64,000 bases of DNA, taken from positions 1 through 64,000 of the forward strand of contig NW_026859515.1 in the NCBI RefSeq assembly GCF_026571515.1. The letters run 5' to 3'. The stretch's first letter is position 1. Every line of letters starts with the position of its first letter. Source of the DNA: Ruditapes philippinarum (Eukaryota). Both the position numbers and the translations under genes were made by a program. Under the pieces are notes generated by a model. The model ran no database searches. It saw only the letters and a program-made list of their open reading frames with translations, and was not told where the DNA came from. Positions 1 to 12,586 of the stretch are shown piece after piece.

Positions 1-228
1 TTTTGTTAGCTCACACTGTTTATTTACTTCATGAAAATTCACAGACAAACATCCGAACATACTATCACAAAGAGCAACACATTTGTTGATGGAACTATCA
101 TTAAAACTAGATATGGGATTCCCATTACTTTCATTGCTGGCGTACATTTCATAAAGAAAGGATTTTGTTAATCCAGCAATAATTTGAAAGAAGTTGAAAT
201 ACAGAAAAAAATGTTTAAGTGTCTTCAT
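1..228 (-). CDS. PAN/F-type lectin copy F, coding exon 1 (signal peptide + PAN/Apple), partial; runs off the window start
   Basis: ATG at 228, open for 76 codons: MKTLKHFFLYFNFFQIIAGLTKSFLYEMYASNESNGNPISSFNDSSINKCVALCDSMFGCLSVNFHEVNKQCELT; near-identical to exon 1 of copies B and E. Confidence 0.85.
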   Translation of the reverse strand, partial: MKTLKHFFLYFNFFQIIAGLTKSFLYEMYASNESNGNPISSFNDSSINKCVALCDSMFGCLSVNFHEVNKQCELTK

Positions 229-705
229 TTTTTGTGAAATATGAAATACACAAATCTTAATTTCCAACTCTAAATATAAAATTTAGCTTCGCAAATGACA
301 ATAGATGATTGTTAATGGCTAATGTTTGATATTTCAACAAACCCCTTCTTTCAAATTAATCCGAAGCGCATATGCTGTCGGTACCCGTGTTTTAAAGGAA
401 TGAATAATAAATCAAAATTTGCACAAAGAATACCCTGCAGATCAATCTTACCGTAGCTTAAATTTACATGAAAAGAATACCGTAAGTAGTTCTAACCTTA
501 AATCACCTTAATTTCAAGTTATCCGTTAAATCATTCAGAATTATATATGAGACTAATGCAAAGCTTTTAAAAAATTATTTACGGCCTCAAATATTTAGAT
601 TAGAGCAATGGCTTATCATGCCAGAGAACCCCAAATCACTATAGGCACAAAATGGTTTTCAATTTATTTGCAATTTTTAAATATTGATTGACTGCGTTCG
701 ATATA

Positions 706-3126
706 CAGTAAACTCCAACTGTATCGATATCGCTTGTAATGATATATCGGTTATATCGATACGTTTGTCTTGGTCCCTGCCAACTTCCATTATAACCTAA
801 CGGAAGCATCCTCGCATATATCGATATCGCATGTATCGATATTTCGGATATATCGATGTGGATTTTCAACCCCAACGCACATATTTTACCTCTTAAAACG
901 ATAATTTGCTGCACAAGTTTGTTGTGGAAGAGCGGTCTCGGTCCGCTTGTTTTAATGCATAAATATCTGCTCGATTAAATACAATGACGCGGAACATGTT
1001 CTGTGCGTACGTAACTACCGTTTTGTTCTCAATACAGGTGAATTCATCTCAAAAAATAAAAGCATGGTTTTGTCCTTTTATTGTTTCCTTTTAATAACAA
1101 TTTTCGTTGTAAATAAGTTATACATGTACATGTAGCTAAAACAGTGAACATGTCAGAAAAACGAAAAAGAAAAATTTTGGATATTGAAACTAAATATAAA
1201 TTTATTCAAGAGATTAATCTTGGTAAACGTAAAAAACAGGACATTGCAAACGATTTTGGAATTAAACAAAACACATTAAGTTCAATCTGGAAAAATAAAG
1301 ATTCTGTCATCAATGCATACGAGACTACGTCGTTCAGCCCAGCCCGTAAACGAATGCGTCATGCCAGTAATAGAGACATTGAAATGGCGCTGTTTGAGTG
1401 GTATAAGACTGTACGATCCCAAAATTTGCCTATTGATGGACCTATGCTTACACGAAAGGCTAATTCTCTGGTATGTGAGCTGGGCATGGAAAATTTTCAG
1501 GCAACAAACGGATTTATTGAAAGATTCAAAAATCGTCATGGCATATCGAGCAAAACATTATCCGGTGAAGGTGCTTCCGTCGATAATTCACAAACTGAAA
1601 ATTGGATGCAGTCAAAACTTACAAGTTTGATCAAGGACTATGAACCAAAAAATGTCTACAATATCGATGAAGCTGGCGTTTTTTATAAAATGACCCCAAA
1701 TAAAACACTAGAGGTAAAAGGAACAAAATGTTTTGGAGGCAAACAAAGCAAGGACAGAATCACAGTGCTTATCGGCGCAAATATGGACGGTTCTGATAAA
1801 CTTAAACTTTTGATAATCGGAAAATTCAAAAATCCTAGATGTTTTAAAAATGTTAAAAGTTTGCCGGTAGATTACGAAGCTAATCGTCGTGCTTTGATGA
1901 ACTCAGAAATATTTATCAGTTGGGTGAAAAAACTTGACAAACGTATGACACGTGAGAAAAGATCTATTCTATTGTTTGTTGATAATTGCCCGGCCCATCC
2001 GAAAATCGAGGGATTAAAAGCTGTAAAACTGTTGTTTTTCCCACCTAACACTACATCTAAGTTACAGCCCTGTGATCAAGGGATTATCTTTTCATTCAAA
2101 AGGCATTACAGGTCACGTGTCCTTGACCATATTATTTCATGTCTAGACAAACATATCGATAAACAGATTAACATTCTAAAAGCCATACAATGGTTTTATG
2201 CGGCATGGAAAGATGTAACACCGACGTGTATCCAGAATTGTTTTAGAAAGGCTGGATTTATGAATCAAGCACAGCATGAAATTAATGCGACCCCGCAGGG
2301 CATGTTTCCGATTCGTCTGACACAGACGAGTTCGAGGACGATGACATTCCGCTGGCTGAATTGGCATCGAAATGGAATCGCCTTAGAGTATTCAGTGACA
2401 TAGACAAAAACATTTCTTTTGATGAGTACATAAATGCCGATGAGAATGTTGTCTCCGTTGAGCAGAAGTCCGATAGCGATATAATAGCGGAGGTAAAGCA
2501 AAAATTGAAACCCGCTGAAACCCTGTCGCAGAGTGACGAAGAGAGTGACTCTGAGACTGTTGATGACCCCCCACCCACCATGAATGAGTTTCTTAATGCT
2601 ATAGACACTTGCAGACGCTTTGTTCTTTCTAAGTCTGATTCGTGTGATTCTGTTTTCGGATGTTTACATGAACTTGAGAAATTTTCAGTTGAAATAGGGA
2701 AAGCCAAAAAGCAGACAAAATTAACTGTTTTTTCCGACAGTGAATGTCTTTGTACATGAACAAAACTTAAACAAGATTTACCCATGAGTGTAAATAGTTA
2801 AAAAAGCAATTTAATTTTGACGTTTTTTTTCCAGTGTATAAATTTAAGCCAATGTAAGGTTACCAGTACCTGTGTACATATTACTTTCGGTTTATGTCAG
2901 TTTTGTGTTTATTTTGATGTGCAACTGATTTTTTATGCATTCAACATTGATATGCATAAAAAGAATAAAGTTTTGTCGTAAGTACATGATTGTCACATGT
3001 CTAGTATATAATGCTACTGCTTATACATGTTGAACGATGCAGTGCACCGTCAGTAAGCTACACACCGTACAGAAATTCGGTTGTAACGATATTCGGATAT
3101 ATCGATATAGTTTTGTATGTCCCCTG
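706..3126 (+). mobile_element. Tigger/pogo-family DNA transposon, right TIR missing
   Basis: Begins TA|CAGTAAACTCC with repeated ATCGATAT subterminal motifs at both ends; absent at the paralogous empty sites (~27260, ~40787); contains a transposase. Confidence 0.92.
1150..2403 (+). CDS. Tigger/pogo transposase (CENP-B-type HTH + DDE_1, DD30D); acidic C-terminus frameshifted and continuing to 2759
   Basis: ATG at 1150. Motifs ATNGFIERFKNRHGI, YNIDEAG, FVDNCPAH, FFPPNTTSKLQPCDQGII, with 30 residues between the last two Asp. The acidic tail (DSSDTDEFEDDDIPL...FDEYINADE...KQTKLT) is in another frame, 2286-2759. Confidence 0.92.
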   Translation: MSEKRKRKILDIETKYKFIQEINLGKRKKQDIANDFGIKQNTLSSIWKNKDSVINAYETTSFSPARKRMRHASNRDIEMALFEWYKTVRSQNLPIDGPMLTRKANSLVCELGMENFQATNGFIERFKNRHGISSKTLSGEGASVDNSQTENWMQSKLTSLIKDYEPKNVYNIDEAGVFYKMTPNKTLEVKGTKCFGGKQSKDRITVLIGANMDGSDKLKLLIIGKFKNPRCFKNVKSLPVDYEANRRALMNSEIFISWVKKLDKRMTREKRSILLFVDNCPAHPKIEGLKAVKLLFFPPNTTSKLQPCDQGIIFSFKRHYRSRVLDHIISCLDKHIDKQINILKAIQWFYAAWKDVTPTCIQNCFRKAGFMNQAQHEINATPQGMFPIRLTQTSSRTMTFRWLNWHRNGIALEYSVT

Positions 3127-3229
3127 AATATTTAAATAAACAAATACACTTGTGATGATTTAAACATATTTGATTACATGTGCTTTACATAAGTACATGA
3201 CTGTTGAACAATGATTAAACTTTACTTTG

Positions 3230-6110
3230 AAATGCAGGAAACATATGATATAGAGACGAATGATTAATGATCAAATGGAATAACCATCGCAGGGTGGCGA
3301 ATCTTCGTGCCTTATTAGGAAAAATGCACGACAAAAAAGGTAAAAATAGCACCGATTTAGGCCAGTATTGTTTTTGTAAATATCCATTTGTCATTCCGAA
3401 TGGATTTTTTTTCAAATAAAGTGCAGAAACCCCTATATTTAAGAACAACACATGCACAAGCTTGTACCAACTTTGTGTGAAGTCTAAATTTTCTACAATA
3501 TTGACCCAACTGATTCAGTCCTTGAAATGCTTCGGACAACGTGTATTGATAAATCAGTTAAAGCAGTCTGGGAAAGATAACGAAAATAAGAAGGGAAGAA
3601 AATCTATTCATTATTAAAACAAAGATGTGTAGAAAAATCCTAGTTGAATCAAGCTATACTGTATAATTTTCCCCGTCGTGTGTCTTGGTTGTCCAAAAGT
3701 CCCAATGGTTCGAAACCTTGATTGCTATTAATCTGACAAACGAATATCAAATATGATCGTTTTAAGACTTCATTAGCATTTTTTGCATAACATGTCCCTT
3801 CAAAATATTATAAAACGAAAATTATACTGAGAAAATATGCTCCCAAATTAAAATACCTCGTTAGCTTCATAGAAAGACGACAATGCTAATTATTTTGATA
3901 AATTAAACGCTAACTATGCTAAACTAAAGTAAAGAAAAAACTAAAAACATTAATCAAGGAAATAGAATCGTATGACATAAGAAACATATCCAAAGCTAAA
4001 CATTTATAGCTAGTCTTTTCTTAACTTGTCATTTCCTTGCCAGTTGTCTTAACATGCTGTTTGCCAAATATGGCACCATTTACTATTTCATCAACTTATT
4101 TTACATTGTTTGCAATGTAAATCAAAGTACTGAAAGCACTGGATGCGACAGACATGAAAAGGGAATTGCATAAATGGTTGTCAAAAAAGGGATCAAACAT
4201 CAGTCATATTGCATGAAAAAAATCTATATTTATACATTGAGTATTATGCTTGCTACAGAATAAAAAACAGCGGAATTTCAAAGCAAGGTCGTTAAAATAG
4301 AAGAGTCTGGAAACGCTGAATGTAAAACTATTTAAGCTACAAACAGAGGTTCTTTCAAATAGAAAGACCCTTTTTAAAGTGAATAATCTATAAAAATTTT
4401 CTCTAAAAATGCCAGGACAACCAGGATAAAAAGCTGGTAACTGAATCAATTTTAAATAATTTATGAACACCCATATTTACTGAAATTACCTTATATATGA
4501 ATTTTAACTGGTCATTTTCTAGTTGTCTGTGCGATTTTTGTCATTTTAAAATTCCGGCGTTTTGTGAAAAACATAAGAATAATATTGTCAATGATAGAAT
4601 GATTGCTTTTCAAGCTTTAGAACAGTAGCAGAATGTATTCTGTGCAGATTTATTGATTCTTTTTCATTAAGCAACATAAAAAACTTCCAAAGAAGCATTG
4701 AAGGATATAAGATTAGAAACATTCCTGACCATGTTGCAATGACTCTTTTTACTTAATATTTGCAAAAGACGCTTATAAGATAATAAAGATACTTATGATT
4801 ATAAAATAAACATTTTCTAGGTACTTGTTTCATAAATAAATCGATTTGTTCTATTACATGTATTCAAATATGTAAAATCATATTTCAGTTAATAATGATT
4901 TTTGTACGGTTTTCACCACTTGTTTTTAGTGAGTCTTTTTAAATTTAAAAAATACATAGATTTATATTATTGTTTTTCTTTGTTTCATTTAAATCAAAAT
5001 AGTATATCTTAACAATTTTTACGCAGACGTTTTTCCAAAACTACAGAATACTAACATTTTTTAAACTGACAATAGGTCTTGGGTACTGTGCTTTGGCAAG
5101 ATATAGATTTTTTACAGATTGTTTTGATGAAAATCGAAAAATATCTTTACTCAAAAGCATTGTAAATATCATCTTTTGTTTAAAAACCATATTTTTTTCA
5201 CAAATAATTTCTATTGATTTTTTTCCACAGATTTATTGAATGAAAATGAATAATGCTGTTGAGATTGATTTATTTGAATAGTGTTTGGTACTGAAAGTTT
5301 ATCATCAATTGGCATGCCTTCTTTAAGTGGTTAAGGATACTAAAGCTTTGTGTGGACGGTGAGCGCAGGATGAACTATTTGCAAAGGTTAAAGGAAATAT
5401 TTACATGTAAAATATGATAGACAAGATCAACAAGGAAAGACGGCGTTCAATGAACAAAGGTTTGAACATTATCTTAAAATTATATGCCATTAAGGGAAAA
5501 TATACGTCATTTACACGACTCTAAAGGAGAGAATGCGGGTTTTTTCTGATAAGTCCAGTTACAAACGCTAAACCCGTTTAGTAAGTTTGAAGGTGAAAGA
5601 AAAGAAAATTGCAAACATCGTTCATAAATTGTTATTGGTTATTGTCAGTGAATGGTATGGATACCAAATTGATTTTTTTATATTTTATAGAGAATTAATG
5701 GCAGCACAAGCAGAACATAGGCGAAAAATGAGCAAATTTCTAATGGCCCAGGTGAGTGACATGGATATTGAAGACACGATCATAGGCCGCATAAGAATAA
5801 AACTTTCTCGACTGATGGCAAACAAAACATCGGGAATAACTGCATTCAAACGCGAAGTCGAAAAGATGAAAAAGTAATAAACCAACAAGGTGATGCAAAT
5901 TTTACCGAAAAGTTGAGCCAAACTCTGGTACATAGAAAGAGGGGATCCTTGTCACATTTTGTTAGTAAAGAATATCTTACATGATCTGGGTCAATCACGG
6001 GAGCGCAACTAACGTTATCCGATAAAATAAAACAGTGGAAACATATGAATCGAAAATATCTTCTTGAAAGAAAACCAATCAACAAAGATGACCAACTAAA
6101 GATAGTTTAA
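3230..6110 (+). pseudogene. Decayed plus-strand gene-like sequence carried in every repeat unit (also ~13100-16700, ~27080-30660, ~40610-44190); product unidentified
   Basis: Protein-like frames broken by stops at different places in different copies. Exon-like boundaries: TTTTCCACAG| at 5230, |GTAAGT at 5581, TATTTTATAG| at 5690. Paralogous ORFs at 5587, 16182, 43785 and 27550. Confidence 0.35.
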
Positions 6111-7436
6111 ACATATATACAACAAGTCTGAACAGGTGCACGTCCTATTCACAGCAATCAAATTTACCCACGTCGCAAACTATTTACAATTCTAACACGA
6201 CTGCCTCTTCCCTTTTGACACTATAGGACCGATTGTATGTGCTCGGGGGCGTTGAAGATTTTGCACTTTTTCAGTATCCCTCACGTTCAGACTGAAAAAA
6301 CAACCGCGTCTACAATTTTGCTGTTTGCGAGGGATCACTTTGTTTCAAGATATTTATTTTGCTATAAAATAAAAGTGCACGTTCTGTATATAGTTAGGCA
6401 TGTGTCGTTACCATTAAACATGTGACGTAATCACTAAAAATGCAACGCGAGGAATATATGTAACGACACATTTATTATAATAAGTTATACTTAACATGTA
6501 TGATTTTACACAAGGGCAACAAACAAAATAAATTTTGACTTTTAAAAACTAAGGCTATCGAACAATGATATAAAACTGACACAAATCACTTTGTCGTACA
6601 AAATCTTACATAGAACATGATATTTTGCACCTTCCAATTTTAACAATATACTAATTATCATGTGAATGTATTGCTTTGCTGACACAAACGTTAAGTATCA
6701 AGTCATATGAAAGAAGCTAGATGTGAATACTTCTCCATTACCAAGACATATCAATAAACATCGCGACAGTTTCTGTTTTTATTTTAAAGAAAAACGACAT
6801 TACAATATATTAACATTAAAGCATCAGAGAAACAAAAAAGATACACTTAAATATGAAATGATATCGGTATTGCATGAATTCAATAAATGAACTTAATTTG
6901 CTATTACATTACATGAGAGGAACTGAAATGTGTTGATATTAAGACATGATATCTATCACTGCACGAGTTTTATTATAATGTCATAAAATTAAGGGCTGAT
7001 AAATTAAAACATAACAAGTGTGGCAGCATGATAAAAGAAAGTTCACATTGATTCTGTAAACACTTTGTCACATTTGATAGTCATACTTATGAAGTAAAGT
7101 TCTATTAACATATAAAATAATGATGATGTCAAATAAGGTGGTTATTTTATATTTCTGATAACAATACAGATTCTTCAATTAAATCACAAGGTTTTCTGCA
7201 CTAGGATTTAAATAGGGTCAGGATTATCACATTGTTAATTCTATGAAAATATTGATTATATGACTGTTTCTCGAGAAGGTCTAAGCTTGCAAATACCATT
7301 ACCGAAGAAGATCAATCAAACCTTTTCAATGTCTCGTTTTTGTGCAATTTAAGGAATTCTGTTTTTCTGTACCTAATATACAGTAGTAAAAATTTATTTG
7401 AAGCTCGTGAAGTTGTGCACAGTATGTTTAAAACAT

Positions 7437-7660
7437 TTAAGGTGAATAAACGTAGACCTCACATAACGTCATCATTTCTGTAGATTCATGCTTGATTTTT
7501 AGAAACTTTCCGAAGATTGTATTTGTACAATCGATTGTTATGCTAAAAGGTTCCTTGTCTATAGCAGGACCAAAGTATGACCCACATTTTGTTCCTGCAT
7601 CATTTATGACATCATCACGACTGTTAGCAACAGTCACAGTGTAATTTGTCTGTATTTCAA
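7437..7660 (-). CDS. PAN/F-type lectin copy A, exon 3 (C-terminal half of the F-type lectin domain)
   Basis: TTTCAG| acceptor, 224 nt, phase 1: FEIQTNYTVTV...KCG...IDC...GKFLKI...LCEVYVYSP*. Confidence 0.8.
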
Positions 7661-7883
7661 CTGAAACATATTAATGATTATATTATATTGCTTGTATGAT
7701 TTAAATCAATCTTTCTTAATATATATTAAAACAATTACAAAATCATCTTTTTGTTTTAACTTTTTTGTTGACTCTCTTGCTGTTGGTTGATTTTCTTTAA
7801 ATGTTTACGACTTTGAACGTGTTACTTTGAAATTAAATCATTAAACAAACATTTGAAAAGTTAAAGACTATTAGGATGTAACA

Positions 7884-8250
7884 TCAGCTCCCTATACAGA
7901 CTAGAATTTCTGGCTCGAGAGTAACTGTTTACGGCGGTAATGGGTCTGCCCTAAACTGCCCGAGAGCTAGATATTCATGTGCTTAACGACAGCAAGTGTT
8001 TTATTCTTTTTCTTGCATGTTACAAATCAATGATGTTTCCAAAATAAATTAAACTTAATTTTATTTAATTTAGATTTTAAACAAAATTCATAAAACTGAT
8101 ATTTTCGTTAAGCACTTTTGTCTAAAAGTAGCGTATGAATTTATAACTTCATTCATAGCGGAAAAATGACGTTTTCCAAGAACGCAATTCATTCATAATA
8201 GGCGTGTGCGAATGACGTCATGTAAGACTAGTTACTTGTAATTTGAAATG
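7884..8250. mobile_element. Small non-autonomous element with a decayed palindrome in intron 2 (copies A, B, D; absent in C)
   Basis: Degenerate inverted arms at 7905-7976; homologs at ~21690-22050 and ~47000-47310; not present in copy C intron 2. Confidence 0.4.
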
Positions 8251-8386
8251 CATTTAATGATATGTTATAATATTATGTTACCAAATTCCCTAAAAATAAC
8301 CTCAGAAGTTTGATGTCTTTTGTGAAATATGAAAGATGTAATCTTGAACTCGTTTCCTTATAATAAAATGAATATTGATATCATAC

Positions 8387-8602
8387 AACAGTAGTCTGTC
8401 CGTAACTTCATTTTGACTGACTTCACAGGACCCGAAGTTCCAAACTTAACAGCCCAGTAAGAGAAACCAGATGCAGTGTGGGCACAGTCGTGGATGCCTT
8501 CTACCTTTCCATCTATAGCCTTGTCTACTATCATATTAACAACACCTTCATACAAATATGTAGAAGACTGCCATGCTTCAGCTCCTTGTAAAAAAATTAT
8601 TC
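8387..8602 (-). CDS. PAN/F-type lectin copy A, exon 2 (N-terminal half of the F-type lectin domain)
   Basis: CACAG| acceptor, |GTATGA donor, 216 nt, phase 1-1. AWQSST...KAIDG...CAHT...WAV...RTDYC matches the fucolectin consensus. Confidence 0.8.
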
Positions 8603-9490
8603 CTGTGAAAACAACAACAAAAACAACACTTTTAGATTTTTAGATAGATTCTATGTAATATTATTTATAGAGTATACCTTATGTTTCTATTGACGAATCG
8701 CCATTTTTTTGGTGAAAATATATAAAAGAAAATGAAGAGGAATGTTTGGTTGAAAGAAGTTTAAAGGTTTTACTGTCCGATTTGTGATCAATTTTGTTGA
8801 AAATATCGGCTTTAATCCCCTTCATTTTTACTTGGCATGAAGTCAAAAACTTAGGTTAATTAATTGCCACAATTCTTTGTTGATCTTTGTATTAATTTTT
8901 TATACAACGTTTTGAGAAATGAACCAGTTGATTAAATTTTCTGAAAAATTCGTATTGTCGTAGTTTAAAGTTTCGGAAAAAAACTAAACAAATATTTTCT
9001 TTATCGGTCGTAGTTGACAGTTTGAAATATGTTACTTCTCATTGCATTGGCTTAAGCGTTAACTTTTAAATGTACTTAAAACTCTTGAAATGTCACATGT
9101 ATGCACTTTCACAAAAAGAAATATTTTACATTGTGCCTATAATAATATTTTGAAAATTACTGAGACATGTATCAAAAAGCATAAATAGTTCAATAAAACC
9201 GATCAAGAGAGTTCGACTACAATTAAAGTTATACATGCATATGATACGAAATGTGGAGACAAAAATGACAACTCCCAACTCTAAAAAGATATATTTTTTT
9301 ATCAAAACGAACTTATTTCCTAATTTCCAAAAGTAAACAAACGGATAGATTGAAAATATCAGATGCATTTACGACGATGCAATTCAACAACTCATACAAC
9401 GATGCGATTTGCTCAAATGCAAAACAGTCTCCCTTTAGGTAGACGCATCATTTAATGTTAGTGTTGTATGTTTTGTTTTAGTGACAAGTA

Positions 9491-10803
9491 CGAGGGGAAG
9501 TCAGAAAATGTCCGGACTTTTGACTCGTTTTCGAAAACCATTCAACATTTAAAAACATCTTTCTACTCTTTTTCAAAATATTCTCCACCTACGTCTACGC
9601 ACTTTTGCCATCTTCGTGGGAGCTTTTGTATTCGCGCTGTGAACCATGACGTAGACCTTTGTTTTATGTACTGTGTAACAGCAGATATCAAAGCCGCCAT
9701 TGTCTTTTATTTCTTTCCAGCAAGCAATTTTTTCAGTTCTGGAAACAAATAAAAGTCACAGGGGTCGAAGTCTGGGCTATAAGGATGACAACTATTGCTA
9801 TTTGTAAGAGTTGATAACCTCCACTGTACCTGCGGCGGTATGGGAGGGGGCGTTATCGTGATGAAGGAGGACATTTTTCTGTGCTAATCTGGGACGCATT
9901 TGCTTCAGCTTTTCTCTGAGATTTTTCAGAATTACTTCAGAATAGTACTTTATTGTGACAGTTTGACCTTTTTGCATGAAATGACTAAGTATCATTCCTC
10001 GTGAATCCCAAAAGGCAACAAGCATTACTTTGCCAGCCGAAGGAGACAGCTTATACTTTTGAGGAGGTGGGGAACAGCTCGTTTCCACTGCTTTCACTGA
10101 GCTTTTGTCTCAGGTTCGGAATATGGAACCCACATCTTATCTCCAGTGATAATGCGGTTCAAAGACTTATCTCCTTCACGATTAAAACGACTTAAATGTT
10201 ATTTTGCATTGGTTACTCTGGTTTCCTTTTGATCTGCGGACAGCTGTCTAGGCACCCACCTGGCACGTACCTTGCTCATGCCTATGTGTTCGTGTAAAAT
10301 CTTTTGTGCCGATGCCTTACCGATGCTAAACTTGTTGGCTACCTCCTCCAAAGTTACTCGACGATTTTTGTTGACAAAAGCTTTAACATTTGCTACCATT
10401 GTTGGGGTCACCGCCTCAGCTGGCCGCCCAGTCCTAGGTCTGACACAAACACTTGTTCTGCCTTCACAGAACTGAGAAACCCAGTTGTAGAAGGTTGAAC
10501 GTGATACACATTTATCAGAAAATCTTTTTTAAAGCCTCTGAAAGATGTGGCAGGGATTTTCACCCTCTGCAACCAGAAACTTTTTTACAGAGCGTTGTTC
10601 CTCTAACAAAGAGTCCATAATAGACGAAACACCTATCATATATCAGAGGGCAAAATACTGTGTATACACAACTATCATTGAAAATAAACTAATCACGTTA
10701 TTGGCGAATGAATGTAGTTTTCACCAATATATAGTGTGTGTATATAGCTGCACGTGGAAAGAGAGGAGCAAGAAAAGTCCAGATATTTTCTGACCGTCCC
10801 TCG
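9491..10803 (-). mobile_element. Mariner (Tc1/mariner) transposon, full length, pseudogenised, in intron 1 of copy A
   Basis: TA-flanked ~30-bp TIRs (CGAGGGGAAGTCAGAAAATGTCCGGACTTT / AAAGTCCAGATATTTTCTGACCGTCCCTCG). Transposase relic with WVPRQL, GKVMLVAFWD, HDNAPSH and PYSPDFDPCDFYLF; contains stops and frameshifts. Confidence 0.95.
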
Positions 10804-11343
10804 TATATTATCAATACTATTTTATCTCAAATGAGATGTCCAGTAAAATATACTATTGTATATTATTAACTAGTAAGAGACAACATGAGCACGTCTTAAT
10901 ATTCCAAGATTTAATACACATGTGATGTTACATATAGCATGCTGTATAGGCGGAGCTTATCAGTAACTAAAGTCTGTATCAAGAATTTTGAATATAGAAA
11001 AGTTAGCATGGCTACACATGGAATTACACAGTTGCATAGTCTTTTATTTGTTTACTGAGAAATAAATATTGTCTATCCATTTGAAAAAAGTTTTGCATCA
11101 GAGAAAAAAATTAAAGTAGCTCCTGACTTTAAGCCAGTGTATGTAAATGTTTTTATATACTTTTATTTTTATTGACGACTCGCAAAATAAAAAGTGTCAT
11201 TCCGCAGTAAATCATATGTCTTATCCATATTCATATATCATATAAAACTAGGCTACTTTGCAGACGAATAACTCAGGAGATTAGTACTGCAAAGCGCTGT
11301 TTTTCTTCCGGCAAAAGGCACCATCGCTGAAGTCATTGCCTTT

Positions 11344-11896
11344 TACTAGCGGCTCGAGCACCCCGAAACTGTTCCTTTTCGTCTCTGACACATTTTAGGG
11401 TCACTCACTTGGGTTCAGTCAGGACATCGGCAGCCTACTTTATACAAATTTTATCGTGCTGTCTTGAACGTAATCCCGAGCTGAACAAAGAATGCGAACT
11501 TTTTGTCTTACACGTTTGCAGTTGATTTTGAATCATCTGCAGATGCTCTGGGTCTTCTGAACGACGTTTATTACGGGGGCGTAGGACAAATTTTACTTGC
11601 ACCGGTGTAAACGGCAAATAATCCTGTCCGTTATACAAGAAAGGATTATCATAAAGACGTCTTAACCGTACTAGCGGCTCACGCACTCTTGCATCCTTCC
11701 TCGTCGTCTCAGACCATTTTCTTTGGCTAAAGTCAGGACATCGGCAGCTTACCTAAAACAGACCAACTCATGCCGCCTTAAACGTAACCTCATTCTGTAA
11801 AAAGCACGCGAACTTTTCGTCTTACATGTTGCAGTGGATCTTTAAACATATGCGGATGCCCTGTGCCTTCACAAAGACTTGCACGTACCGAGGGGG
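11344..11896. repeat. Diverged ~325-bp tandem duplication in intron 1 (also in copy B ~25213-25765; single fused unit in copy D)
   Basis: TACTAGCGGCTC...AGTCAGGACATCGGCAGC...GTCTTACA..TTGCAGT occurs at ~11345 and again at ~11670. Confidence 0.6.
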
Positions 11897-12586
11897 AAAG
11901 AGAGAACAGAGAAAAACAAATTTATATCTATAAGCAACGATGGTCCACACCATCATAAACCACCAGGGTACATATGAAAACAGTTATAACATTATATAAG
12001 ATTACGTTACTTATCATAGATGATCTTAACACGAGTAATATCCATTTTCTGAGGAGTTTTTTTCGACATAAAAGTTTACGGACGGACTATAAACTATTAA
12101 TGATATAGAATGACACATAAATAAACATTTGATCAGTTATTACGAAAGTTCTGAGTACTTTCCTCGAATCTTTCCTATTGTACGTTCAAGTGATATTTTG
12201 TGTGATTTTTTAAAATTTATTCTCTTTTAAAATGAATGTTTTATATGCAATATAAGACTCGCAGAAAACTATTAAATTGAAAAAAAAATATCACTATTTC
12301 ATTTTACTTTTATAAAGAATGCAGTAAAGTTTAATTTTATCCCTTTATCCAAGATTGCACGAATTGCTTGTTTTTAGACACAAATAGTATTATTAACTTT
12401 TTAAACATTATTATTTTGAATAAAACATGTTCAGTTTATTTTTTATTTGTGTATATGTTGCATTTAATGGCAATGGATTATCAAACACTACAGGGAACAT
12501 AAAGAGTAGCATCCCTACTATCCTACCCTAATTTTATCAATGGTGTTCCCTGAACCACAAACCTAACGCGAAAATAAATCTCTAAA

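Noticed and set aside
2282-2785. 167-aa Ser-rich minus-strand ORF
   Set aside because: Antisense shadow of the acidic transposase tail.
11290-11900. Possible structured ncRNA (hammerhead- or RNase P-like words CTGACTGA, GACGAAA, GGTCTGAGAC on the minus strand)
   Set aside because: Core motifs are imperfect, no partner conserved region or stems were found, and the segment is freely deleted or fused in copies C and D.
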